Part shown: positions 9,617 to 18,658 of the stretch, one piece after another
Numbering within the stretch: the stretch's first letter is position 1
Layout: each line of letters starts with the position of its first letter
Assembly: GCA_963754315.1 (NCBI GenBank)
Contig: CAVWFS010000009.1
Coordinates: 64,001 to 128,000 of the forward strand
DNA: 64,000 nt
Direction: 5' to 3'
From: an uncultured Candidatus Rokubacteria bacterium
GTDB taxonomy: Bacteria > Methylomirabilota > Methylomirabilia > Rokubacteriales > CSP1-6
The notes under the pieces: generated by a model
Told to the model about the DNA's origin: nothing
What the model saw: only the letters and a program-made list of their open reading frames with translations
Database searches by the model: none
Made by a program: the position numbers and the translations under genes

Positions 9617-10811
9617 ATGCCCCGACTCGATCGCCTGCCCCAGATCAACCGCAACAATCTGTTGACGTTCCCGGCGCAGGTCAACGATACGACACCCTAT
9701 GTGTCACTGACCAAGCCCCTCACGGCATGTCGCGTGGCCATCGTGACCACCGCGGGCCTCCACCGGCGCGCTGACCGATTGTTCGGGCCCGGCGATCAGA
9801 CGTATCGCGTGATTCCCGTCGGACACCCCGACGGCCGACATCGTCCAGAGTCACACGAGTCTCGGCTTCGACCGTTCGGCGATCATGCGCGATCTCAACA
9901 TCTCGTTTCCGATCGATCGGCTCCGAGAGCTGGTTGAGCGGGGCGAGGTCGGTAGCCTGGCGCCTCACTGCTACTCGTTCATGGGTGCCCTGCGCGACAC
10001 CGTTCGTCTGCAGAGTGAGACGGGGCCGGAGGTTGGCCGGCGTCTGCGCGAGGAGGGCGCGGAGGTGGCGTTCATCACGCCGACCTGACCCTTCTGCACG
10101 CACACCGGGGGTGTGCTGGCTCGCGCCCTGGAGGAGCAGGGCATCGCCACGACGTCGATCAGCATGGTGCGGGAGCACACGGAGAAGGTGAAGCCGCCGC
10201 GTGCCCTCTTCGTGCCGTTTCCCTTCGGCCATGCGCTCGGTCGACCCAATGATCCCGAGCTGCAGCATCGAGTCCTCCGGGCGGCCCTCGACCTCCTGCG
10301 CGAGCCGGGGGGCCCCGTGCTACGTGATTTCCCCGACGACCTGGAGCCAGGAGACCAGCCAGCTGCCCCCGCCCAGGCCTCCGCCATCACACCGGCGACG
10401 GTCGTCCCGGACGATCCGGCGCTGGAGACGACGCAGATGCGCCAGTACTACGAGCAGTGGCTCGCGCGCAGCGGAGGGCGCACGGCGCTCGGACTCACCG
10501 GCATTCCTCCCACGCGCTTTCGCGGCGTCGTGCGCTTTCTGCAGGGATTCGCCGACGGTGAGGACGTCGACATGACGGAGCGGCCGGAGACGACGCCGCT
10601 GCCGGGCTTCGTCCGCTGGTGCGCGGACGATCTCAAGACTCTGTACTATGAAGGGTACATGGCCATGAAGCCGGGCGTCGGCGGCGACGAGATCACCCGC
10701 TGGTTCTGGGCGGAGACGGCAGCCGGTCAGCTGCTGCGTCGGGTCGCGCGTCGCCTCGATTCGTCCGATGACCCGCGGTGGAAGGCTGCTGCCTTCGGCG
10801 TGGCTCGATAG
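9617..10811 (+). CDS. GrdB/PrdB-family selenoprotein (Sec at TGA 10086); one extra base near 9815-9818
   Basis: RVAIVTTAGLH and DLNISFPIDRLRELVERGEVG, then ITPT-TGA-PFC in frame with LARALEEQGIAT..PPRALFVPFPFGH; hairpin just after the UGA. Confidence 0.88.
10089..10116 (+). promoter_or_regulatory. Candidate bacterial SECIS element
   Basis: Stem GCACACC (10100-10106) pairs with GGTGTGC (10110-10116) around a GGG loop that starts 18 nt after the UGA. Confidence 0.72.
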
Positions 10812-10825
10812 GCCAGGAGGGCGAG

Positions 10826-11683
10826 ATGAGAGCGACCGCGGAGCGACGCGTGCTGAGAGTGGTGAAGGGGCAGCCGACGTCAGACGGCGCGGGGGTGCGC
10901 CTGACCCGGATGATCGGCACGCCGGAGCTCGACCATCTCGACCCGTTCTTGCTGCTCGATGAATTCAAGTCGGATCGCCCCGGCGACTATCTGGCCGGAT
11001 TTCCCGATCATCCGCATCGCGGCTTCGAGACGGTTACCTACATGCTCGCCGGCGCCATGCTCCATCAGGACCACGTGGGCAACCGCGGCGAGCTGGTGGC
11101 CGGCAGCGTGCAGTGGATGACGGCCGGACGCGGCATCATCCACTCGGAGATGCCGCGCCAGCAGGACGGCCTCATGTGGGGCTTCCAGCTCTGGGTCAAC
11201 CTCCCCGCGCGCGACAAGATGACGGCGCCCCGCTATCAGGATATTCCACCCGAGAAGATTCCCGAGGCCACGCTGGCGCCTGGCGTGCGCGCCCGGGTGA
11301 TCGTCGGCGAGGCTGATCGTGTGCGGGGGCCGGTGCAGGGTATCGCCACTCAACCGCTCTACCTGGACGTGAGGATGGAGCCCCGTGCGCGGCTCCTGCA
11401 TGGACTCCCCCCCGGCCACCACGCGTTCGCGTACGTCTACGAGGGGTGCGCCATCGTCGGCGGCGGTGACGAGGGGCAGACGATTGATGCCGGCCAGCTC
11501 GCCGTGCTGAGCGACGGCGAGCAGCTGAGGGTCGCCACCGGGGATGCCGCCGCGCGCTTGCTCCTGCTGGCCGCCCGGCCCCTGGGTGAGCCCATCGCCC
11601 GCTATGGCCCCTTCGTCATGAACACGAAGGAAGAGATCGCCCAGGCCGTCCAGGACTACCAGCGCGGCACGCTGCTAGGCTAA
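10826..11683 (+). CDS. Pirin family protein
   Basis: DPFLLLDEF, GFPDHPHRGFETVTY and WMTAGRGIIHSEMP motifs. Confidence 0.95.
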   Translation: MRATAERRVLRVVKGQPTSDGAGVRLTRMIGTPELDHLDPFLLLDEFKSDRPGDYLAGFPDHPHRGFETVTYMLAGAMLHQDHVGNRGELVAGSVQWMTAGRGIIHSEMPRQQDGLMWGFQLWVNLPARDKMTAPRYQDIPPEKIPEATLAPGVRARVIVGEADRVRGPVQGIATQPLYLDVRMEPRARLLHGLPPGHHAFAYVYEGCAIVGGGDEGQTIDAGQLAVLSDGEQLRVATGDAAARLLLLAARPLGEPIARYGPFVMNTKEEIAQAVQDYQRGTLLG

Positions 11684-11714
11684 GGTCCTCCCAGCTTCCG
11701 GGCAGGCCCGCTCG

Positions 11715-12878
11715 TCAGCGAGCGGCGGCCGCCTCTTTCTTCAGCTCCGGAATGACGTGCTTGCCGAAGAGCTCGATGGACGACATCACCTTGTCGTGGG
11801 GGATCGTCTCTGTCGCCATGAGGAACTGCAGCTCATCAACGCCGGCCGCCTCGTGGATGCGGATGCTGGCCAGGCAGCTCTCCGGATCACCGGCCACGAG
11901 GACACCGCGATCGACCAGGGTGTCGGCATCGATCTGATTCCAGAGCGCGCTCGCGATTTGTCCGGAGCCGCCCGAGAGATCCACCTCGGGCGCGCCGGCG
12001 GCCCCTTCAGTCTTGAGATAGCGGGAGAAGTTGGCCCTGAGGTGCTCCGGCACGCCGCCCCACGACTCGACGAGCTGCTCGTACAGGTGGGTCTGATCCT
12101 TGAGATAGGGCCGATCGGGCCCGAAAAACGTCCTGAGCGACTTGGCGGAAAGCTCCCGGGCGGCCTTGTTGTCCAGGTCGCAGAATGCCATCGTCGCGCT
12201 GAGCCACTGGTCGTTGATGAATTTCCCCACCGGCTTGGCGTGGCGAACCCGCTCCTTGTACTCCTTGATGTGTGGGGCCAGGTAGCTGGGCGCGGCCACG
12301 CTCAGGGCCATGACCCCGATGCCCTTCTCGGCTGCCAGTTGATAGGTTGCTGGCTGCAAGGCAGCCACCCAGATCCGCGGATGCGGCTTCTGGTACGGCT
12401 TGGGTCGAACCTCGCGGGGGGGGACGTTCCAGAACTGACCCTCCCACGAGAACGTCCCGTCCTCCCAGATCCGGGGGATCATCGCGAGCGACTCCTCCCA
12501 CATGGCCCGGGTGTTTCGCGGATCGATCCCCATGCCGGTCTGCTCGTACGCCGCCGAGCGTCCTGTGCCGAACTCGACCCGGCCGCCCGACAGATGGTCC
12601 ACCATGGCCACCCGTTCCGCCACCCGCACCGGATGGTGGTAGGGCAGGATGACCACGCCGAATCCCAGGCGGATACGCTTGGTCAACCGACTCAGCGCGC
12701 CAAAGATCACCTCGGGACAGGGGGACATCGAAAAGCTGGTGAGGAAGTGGTGCTCCACGAACCACACGGTATCGAAGCCCATCCGATCGGCCAGCACGCA
12801 CTGCTCGATGGTCTCCTCGACGACCGCATGATCGTCCACCACCGGCCGTTGCATCTCATAGGCTAGGCTCAGTCGCAT
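11715..12878 (-). CDS. LLM-class flavin-dependent oxidoreductase
   Basis: WFVEHHF, HPVRVAERVAMVDHLSGGRVEFGTGR and PKPYQKPHP motifs; RBS GGGAGAG before ATG 12878. Confidence 0.92.
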   Translation of the reverse strand: MRLSLAYEMQRPVVDDHAVVEETIEQCVLADRMGFDTVWFVEHHFLTSFSMSPCPEVIFGALSRLTKRIRLGFGVVILPYHHPVRVAERVAMVDHLSGGRVEFGTGRSAAYEQTGMGIDPRNTRAMWEESLAMIPRIWEDGTFSWEGQFWNVPPREVRPKPYQKPHPRIWVAALQPATYQLAAEKGIGVMALSVAAPSYLAPHIKEYKERVRHAKPVGKFINDQWLSATMAFCDLDNKAARELSAKSLRTFFGPDRPYLKDQTHLYEQLVESWGGVPEHLRANFSRYLKTEGAAGAPEVDLSGGSGQIASALWNQIDADTLVDRGVLVAGDPESCLASIRIHEAAGVDELQFLMATETIPHDKVMSSIELFGKHVIPELKKEAAAAR

Positions 12879-12889
12879 CGTTCTCTCCC

Positions 12890-13729
12890 TCACAACCCTT
12901 GCCAGTAACGGCGGCCCTGCAGGCGCACGATCTTGCCGAACCCCGGTGCCTGGAAATGCCCGGCAGCCACGATGATGTCCTCCCGCTCCAGACGGTCGAG
13001 CAGCGCGCGCCGGGTCTGGCGCGTCACCTCCGGATCCATGTCGGCGCGCGAGACCCAGTCGGGCTCCTGGAGCTGCACGGGACTGTGCGCGGCGTCGCCG
13101 AGGACGAGCGCGCGCTCGCCCCGTGAGGTGACCAGGATGCTCATATGCCCTGGTGTGTGCCCGGGTGTGGGCACGGCCGTCAACTCGCGCGTCAGGCTGT
13201 GCTCGCCGTGCATCAGCTCCACCAGGCCGAGGTCGGCCAGCGGCCACACACAGGTGGGGGCATTGGGGAAGCGCGTCGGCTGGACCTCGGGCTGGTGGCT
13301 CGCCTCCCAGTCCTTGGCGCTCATCCAGTAGCGGGCCTTCGGGAAGGTCGGGACATACCGCTCGCCCTCGGCCAGCACGTTCCACCCAACATGATCACGG
13401 TGGAGATGGGTCATGACCACCATGTCCACCTGGTCGGGTCGCACGCCGTTAGCCTGAAAATCCCGCAGGAGCTCGCCCCAGGGGACGTCGGGCGTGTTGG
13501 CGGGCCGGGGGCCGAGACCCGTGTCCACCAGGATCGTCCGCCCGTCGGAGCGTATCAGGTACGAGCCGAGGTTGAAGCGGACCTTGTGCTCCTCGGTGAG
13601 GTGAGACTGGTAGTCGCGCCAGTTGTCGGCGGGGATGGTCGGAAAGAAGTTGCAGAGATCGAACTCGAGCATCCCGTCGGACAGCGCCATGATTTCCACA
13701 TCGCCTACGCGGATGATGTTGCTGGCCAT
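12890..13729 (-). CDS. MBL-fold metallo-hydrolase
   Basis: ILVDTG, THLHRDHVGWN, TPGHTPGH and GDAAH motifs. Confidence 0.92.
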   Translation of the reverse strand: MASNIIRVGDVEIMALSDGMLEFDLCNFFPTIPADNWRDYQSHLTEEHKVRFNLGSYLIRSDGRTILVDTGLGPRPANTPDVPWGELLRDFQANGVRPDQVDMVVMTHLHRDHVGWNVLAEGERYVPTFPKARYWMSAKDWEASHQPEVQPTRFPNAPTCVWPLADLGLVELMHGEHSLTRELTAVPTPGHTPGHMSILVTSRGERALVLGDAAHSPVQLQEPDWVSRADMDPEVTRQTRRALLDRLEREDIIVAAGHFQAPGFGKIVRLQGRRYWQGL

Positions 13730-13757
13730 GATGGTCTCCCAGGCTCGAAGGAGCGGA

Positions 13758-14276
13758 TCACGAGATGGAGGGCAATCGCTGGTCGGCCACCGGGTTGGCC
13801 ACCGCGTCTTCCAGGGTGCGAGCCGGCCGCCACTCGCTGGCGGGCCGGACGTGGCCGCCGGTTCCGATCTGGTCCAGGCCCCAGTAGATCTCCAGGTTAT
13901 TGCCGTCGGGATCCTGGAACTCGACCGCGATCTGACAGCCCGCGCGTCGCCGTCCCTCGAACACGATGGGCACCCCCTGTTTCTGGAGCCAGGCGCGCGC
14001 CCGGAACACTTCGTCGGGCGAGCCGACCTCGAAGGCGAAGTGGTTGAGGCTGCTGCGCTCGAGCTTCGAGGCGCCCCCCACCAGCGCCACACCGTGATGG
14101 TCGGTATTGCAGCGAAGGAAGACCATGCCGCCCGGTACCATGCTGGCCGGATAGCGGTCGCTGACCTGGAGCCCGAGTATCGCGGTGTAGAAGTCCACAG
14201 CCGCCTCGAGGTCGCTCACGTTGAGCACGACGTGCCCGATCTTCCGCAGCTGGAACCCGAGTGGTGTCTCCGGCAT
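13758..14276 (-). CDS. VOC/glyoxalase family protein
   Basis: IGHVVLNVSDLE, DHHGVAL, LNHFAFEV and FQDPDGNNLE motifs. Confidence 0.9.
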   Translation of the reverse strand: MPETPLGFQLRKIGHVVLNVSDLEAAVDFYTAILGLQVSDRYPASMVPGGMVFLRCNTDHHGVALVGGASKLERSSLNHFAFEVGSPDEVFRARAWLQKQGVPIVFEGRRRAGCQIAVEFQDPDGNNLEIYWGLDQIGTGGHVRPASEWRPARTLEDAVANPVADQRLPSIS

Positions 14277-14361
14277 GCTCGTTTCTCCCTCCGACGGTGC
14301 GGACACTCTATCAGGAGGGGGTGGGCCCCTGCTAGCGGGCCGTCTCGAGGATAATGGCGCG

Positions 14362-15057
14362 GTGAACGTCCTCTTCGATCTGGATGGGACCCTGACCGAC
14401 CCGCGCGAGGGAATCGTGGCCTGTCTCAAGCACGCGCTGCGTGGTCTCGGCCGCTCGAGCCCCCCGGATGCCGATCTCGCGCGCTTCATCGGACCCCCCC
14501 TGCGCGAGACCTTCGCCAGTCTGCTGGGCTCGGCCAGCCCCGCGGCGATCGACGAGGCGGTGGCCCTGTATCGAGAGCGATTCGCAGCCACCGGCATCTT
14601 CGAGAACGCGCTCTATCCCGACGTCCCGCCGGTGCTGGCGGAGCTGCAGGCGTTGGGGATGACGCTCTACGTGGCGACCGCGAAACCCCAACTCTTCGCC
14701 GAGCGCATCGTCGACCACTTCGGTCTGGCCCGCTTCTTTCACCGAGTGTACGGGAGCGAGCTCGATGGCACACGGGCCGTCAAGCGCGAGCTCATCGCGT
14801 ATATATTGCGAAGGGAGTCGCTGTCGCCCCACTCCACGGTGATGGTCGGCGACCGGGCCCACGACGTGCGGGGTGCCGTCGCCAACGGTGTCCTCCCGAT
14901 CGGGGTGCTCTGGGGGTACGGCTCGCGTGAGGAATTGACGGCGGCGGGCGCCACCGTGCTCTGCGCGCAACCCGCGATGCTCGCCGCGCTTCTGCAATCG
15001 CACGCCATCGATCTGGCTGCGGTTCGTCCATTGCCCTTGGCCAAGCCTCCAGCCTGA
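14362..15057 (+). CDS. HAD-superfamily phosphatase (phosphoglycolate phosphatase-like)
   Basis: LFDLDGTLTD, FIGPPL, VATAKP and MVGDRAHD motifs. Confidence 0.9.
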   Translation: MNVLFDLDGTLTDPREGIVACLKHALRGLGRSSPPDADLARFIGPPLRETFASLLGSASPAAIDEAVALYRERFAATGIFENALYPDVPPVLAELQALGMTLYVATAKPQLFAERIVDHFGLARFFHRVYGSELDGTRAVKRELIAYILRRESLSPHSTVMVGDRAHDVRGAVANGVLPIGVLWGYGSREELTAAGATVLCAQPAMLAALLQSHAIDLAAVRPLPLAKPPA

Positions 15058-15143
15058 TCTATCCTGGTCCGGCGACAATGAGGCAGCGACGGCGCCAGGC
15101 GGCGCGAAAGGGTGACTTGGTCCGAACGACTGTCGCGCTGGGC

Positions 15144-15992
15144 ATGGGTGGCGGACGTGTCGGGGGAGCGGCGGTGCGGGTGGCCGCACTCGTTCTCCTG
15201 ATCGTGGGAGCGATCCCCATCACCGCCGCTGCCCAGTCGCCTCGCATCTCGATCACCAACGCCTGCAGCTTTCCGGTCTGGATCGCGCAGACTCCGAACG
15301 GAGGCTTTTCTGCTCTCCCGGGCGACGACCCGAACCCGGCCGCGAAGCTCAACGCGGGGCAGACCGTGAACTATTCAATTCCCCCGAACGGGTGGGGGGG
15401 GAGATTCTGGCCGAAGATCGGTTGCGACGAGAACGGCAACAACTGCTTGGCTGGCAGCTCGGTGTCGGGATGTCCGCCCGACGGGTGTGAACCGCCCGCC
15501 GACACCAAGTTCGAGTTCTTCTACGATCCCTTGTCGTCGGGCAAGAGGCCCTACTACGACATCAGCCTGGTCGACGGCTACACCTTGCCCGTCAAGATCA
15601 CGCCCAGCACGACCGACGGCGGGCGCTGCACGACCACGGACTGCGTGGTGGCCGTGAACGCCTGTCCGGCCGACGAGATCGAGGGACTCGGCGACCTTCG
15701 CGTCATCAAGGGCGGGCAGGTCGTGCAGTGTCTGGCCCCCTGCTACAAGTGGGTCTACCCGCCGCCCTACGGAATGAACCGGAACAAGTACGATCCGCCA
15801 GGCAAGCTCATGTGTTGCCCGACCCCGCCGGTGACGGCTGGCGAGTGTCGCGTAGGCCCCGTGGTGCAGACGAAATACGTGCAGCTCGTGCGGGCCCAGT
15901 GCCCGTCGGCGTACAGCTACGCCTATGATGACATTGGCGGCTCGCATGACTGCCCGCCTGGCACAAGCTTCCTGGCGACGTTGTGTCCGTGA
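15144..15992 (+). CDS. Secreted thaumatin-like (PR-5) protein; start uncertain
   Basis: Signal peptide ending AAA-Q; NACSFPVW, GRFW, YDISLVDGY, CPSAYSYAYDD and terminal LCP; 16 Cys in the mature part. Confidence 0.88.
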   Translation: MGGGRVGGAAVRVAALVLLIVGAIPITAAAQSPRISITNACSFPVWIAQTPNGGFSALPGDDPNPAAKLNAGQTVNYSIPPNGWGGRFWPKIGCDENGNNCLAGSSVSGCPPDGCEPPADTKFEFFYDPLSSGKRPYYDISLVDGYTLPVKITPSTTDGGRCTTTDCVVAVNACPADEIEGLGDLRVIKGGQVVQCLAPCYKWVYPPPYGMNRNKYDPPGKLMCCPTPPVTAGECRVGPVVQTKYVQLVRAQCPSAYSYAYDDIGGSHDCPPGTSFLATLCP

Positions 15993-17056
15993 CAGATCGG
16001 CGGCTGCTGCTGCTCCTGGGCGCGCTGATGCTCGGCGCCGGCCGCCGGCGCCGCCGACGTCGGCGCGGCAGGGACAGGCGTCATCGTGCCAGCCCGCGGG
16101 GAGTCGCCGTGCCGAGTGCCCTTCGCCCGCTGCCCGGGGACACTCACGGCGAGGCGCGCGCGATCAACGACCTCGGCGAGGTGGCGGGCTCGAGTCGGGG
16201 CGTTGACCATGCCTTCGCCGTGAGGTGGGATCCGCTCGGTAACCCGACTGAGCTGCGACCCCTGCCCGGTCACTACGCGAGCGAAGCCTACGCGATCAAC
16301 ACCTTCGGCGTTGTCGCGGGCGACAGCCACGGCGCCGGCGCCACTGCCGTGGTGTGGGATCGGCAGGGTGTGCCGACTGCCCTCCTACCGTTGCCCGGGG
16401 ACGTGGAGAGCTTTGCGCGCGCGATCAACCGACTCGGGGTGGTCGCCGGGTTCAGCCTGGGGCGACGTGGGATCGGTGTCGTGTTGACCGCCGTGACGTG
16501 GGATCGCAACGGCAGACCGAACGCCCTGCCGCTGCCAGGTACCGCGATCGGCGCGATAGCCCTCGCCCTCAACGCGCGCGGACAGGTCGCCGGCTTCAGC
16601 TTCGGCCCCGACGATGCCGACATCGCCACCGTGTGGGAGCGAGACGGCACGGCCAAGCTCTTGCGGCCCCTGCCAAGGAGGACGAGCAGCGAGGCGCACG
16701 CCATCAATACCGCCGGCCAGCTCGCCGGCGACAGCGGTGACGAGCGCGCCGATACGGCGGTTGCCTGGGGCCGACGCGCGACGGTGCGACCGCCTCTGGC
16801 CGGCGACAGCAACAGCGAGGCATTTGCGATCAACGACGAGGGCGCGATCGTCGGGACGAGCACAGGACTCGCGCGGTCCACGGCCGTGCTGTGGAACCCG
16901 CGTCAACAGCCCGTGGCGCTTCCGCCGCTCAGTGGCCATACCGAGAGCCACGCCTTCGCCATCAATGCCCTGGGCATGGCGGCCGGCGTGAGCCTCGGCG
17001 AGGGCAGCTATACCGCGGTGGTCTGGCACACGCGCCCGTGCGGGGAGGCTCGCTAG
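15989..17056 (+). CDS. HAF-like extracellular repeat protein (7 repeats, probable beta-propeller)
   Basis: Seven PLPG-x3-S-x-A-x-AIN-x2-G-x-[VI]-[AV]-G-x-S repeats; GTGA overlap with the thaumatin stop. Confidence 0.8.
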   Translation: MTDRRLLLLLGALMLGAGRRRRRRRRGRDRRHRASPRGVAVPSALRPLPGDTHGEARAINDLGEVAGSSRGVDHAFAVRWDPLGNPTELRPLPGHYASEAYAINTFGVVAGDSHGAGATAVVWDRQGVPTALLPLPGDVESFARAINRLGVVAGFSLGRRGIGVVLTAVTWDRNGRPNALPLPGTAIGAIALALNARGQVAGFSFGPDDADIATVWERDGTAKLLRPLPRRTSSEAHAINTAGQLAGDSGDERADTAVAWGRRATVRPPLAGDSNSEAFAINDEGAIVGTSTGLARSTAVLWNPRQQPVALPPLSGHTESHAFAINALGMAAGVSLGEGSYTAVVWHTRPCGEAR

Positions 17057-18625
17057 ACTTCTCGATACAGGATCAGCAGCACCCCAATCATCGTGAACGC
17101 GATGGGCCACAGCCGGCCTGGTACCCGATTCTCGGGCGGCGGGAGGCGCAGCTCGAGCCAGCGGGCCCAGCCAAGCAGGAGGGCCAGTACCCCGAGGGGC
17201 GCGTGCGTGATCTCGACGAGGTACTCGGCCTTGAGATTCAGGCTCGCGTGGGAGTGGGTCAGGAGAAGGGTGCCCCCGGCCACGCAGAGCAGCGGAAAGA
17301 CGAGCGCGGCGCGCGGGGAGCGCAGCCGCCCTGTCCGCACCGCCCATTCGAAGACGGCGAAGATCACCACCAGGCACACGGCAATCCGATGCTGGAGAAC
17401 AGACGGATAGGTCATGCCTTCCCAGAAGCCCTGGCGACCGAGGGGCCAGGCGCCGGGGTCGTTGCGAATAATCGAGGAAGACGGCCAGACCCAGAAAGAT
17501 GAGCGGCCAGTGACGGGCCCAGCTCCCCCAGACCGTGCGGGACATGATGGCGAGCAGACCCATGGTGAGGACGAAGAACCCCGCGGTGTGGTGGTTGTAT
17601 TCGGACCACGCGCGATCGGCGTCGGTGCGCGGGGCATCGGGGTCGTCCGCGGGCAACTCGCCGTGGGCGGGCGACACCAGCCGCGGAAGCTTCGGCGTGA
17701 AGACCTGAGCGATCTCGGGCAACGTCGCCCGATCGGCGACGACGTCCACGGCCGGGGGGATGGACGTCAGCGAGGCGGCCGCGAGGAGCACGACGATCCC
17801 AACGCCGAATTCGACCTCCACGAAGCGCCGCACACGGGCGGCGGGCACATGGTCGGGCCCGTTGAGCCGTCGGACCTCAAAAAAGTTCAGGGCGCCCAAG
17901 GTGAGCAGGCCCCCGAGGAGCACGATCTTGGTAGCCACCATCATGCCGTAGGCCGTTCCCGCCATCGCTCCGACACTGTCGACGTAGGAAAAGGTCAGCG
18001 CGGCGCCGCTCGCGACGAGCGCACACACCGCCGTCAGCGCGAGGGCAGAGAAGCGCGGCAGGAGGAGGCCAGGCCAGGTGGGGAATCGCCGTGAGAACGC
18101 GGTCAGGAGCAGGTGGAAAAGGCCGCCGATCCACACCGAGGCCGCGACCTGATGCAGGACATCGAGCAGATAGAGCAGCAGGCGGCCTTCCAGGCGCGCG
18201 GCCGCGTGGCTGGTCCCGGCCGAGAGAATTCCGAGAGCCAGCGCACAGGCGACCACCGCCACCGTGCCGAAGGCCCGATCGGGCCAGACGCGACGCAGGA
18301 ACACCCCGGCCACCGCGCCCACCGACATGACCATTCGTGCGATGCCGATGCGGAAGAAAGCGGTCTCGCTGACGTCGGCCAGCGGCCACGCCCCCGTCCC
18401 GGCCAGGGCTTTTAGCTGGACGATGAGGGCGAGGGCCTGGGCAAGCGCGATGGCGGCCGCCCCGAGCGCGACGAGGAGGAACGTGCGCTCGCGGAGGGGA
18501 CCGAGGTCGGGGCGTACGCGCACGGCTGGCCCCAGGACGACCAGCGCAAAGGCGACCCCCCCCAGGGCAACCGCCTGCGCGCAGAGGATCAGCCCGCGAA
18601 GAAGAACGTCGATGAAGCCGATCAA
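17053..18625 (-). CDS. CopD-family copper-resistance membrane protein with C-terminal extension; frameshift near 17470
   Basis: SHAAA, HQVAASVWIGGL, RFS, TAYG..TK and VEVEFG; continues WSEYNHH..QHR..THSH..THAP in the second frame. Confidence 0.8.
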
Positions 18626-18658
18626 GAATTGCTGATGGTCGGGGGAGCGAGCGCCGCT

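Noticed and set aside
9810..9825. Programmed frameshift in the selenoprotein
   Set aside because: No slippery heptamer; it looks like the other single-base indels in this window
12879..13385. 556-aa ORF implying an N-terminally extended LLM protein
   Set aside because: The extension overlaps the MBL gene in another frame; the real start is ATG 12878 with its own RBS
16035..16095. Poly-arginine (RRRRRRR) tract as a cell-penetrating or Tat signal
   Set aside because: GC-rich sequence right after a signal-like helix; most likely an out-of-frame reading from compensating indels
16385..17460. 746-aa CopD ORF running antisense through the repeat protein
   Set aside because: Artefact of the frameshift near 17470; the proper C-terminus ends at 17053
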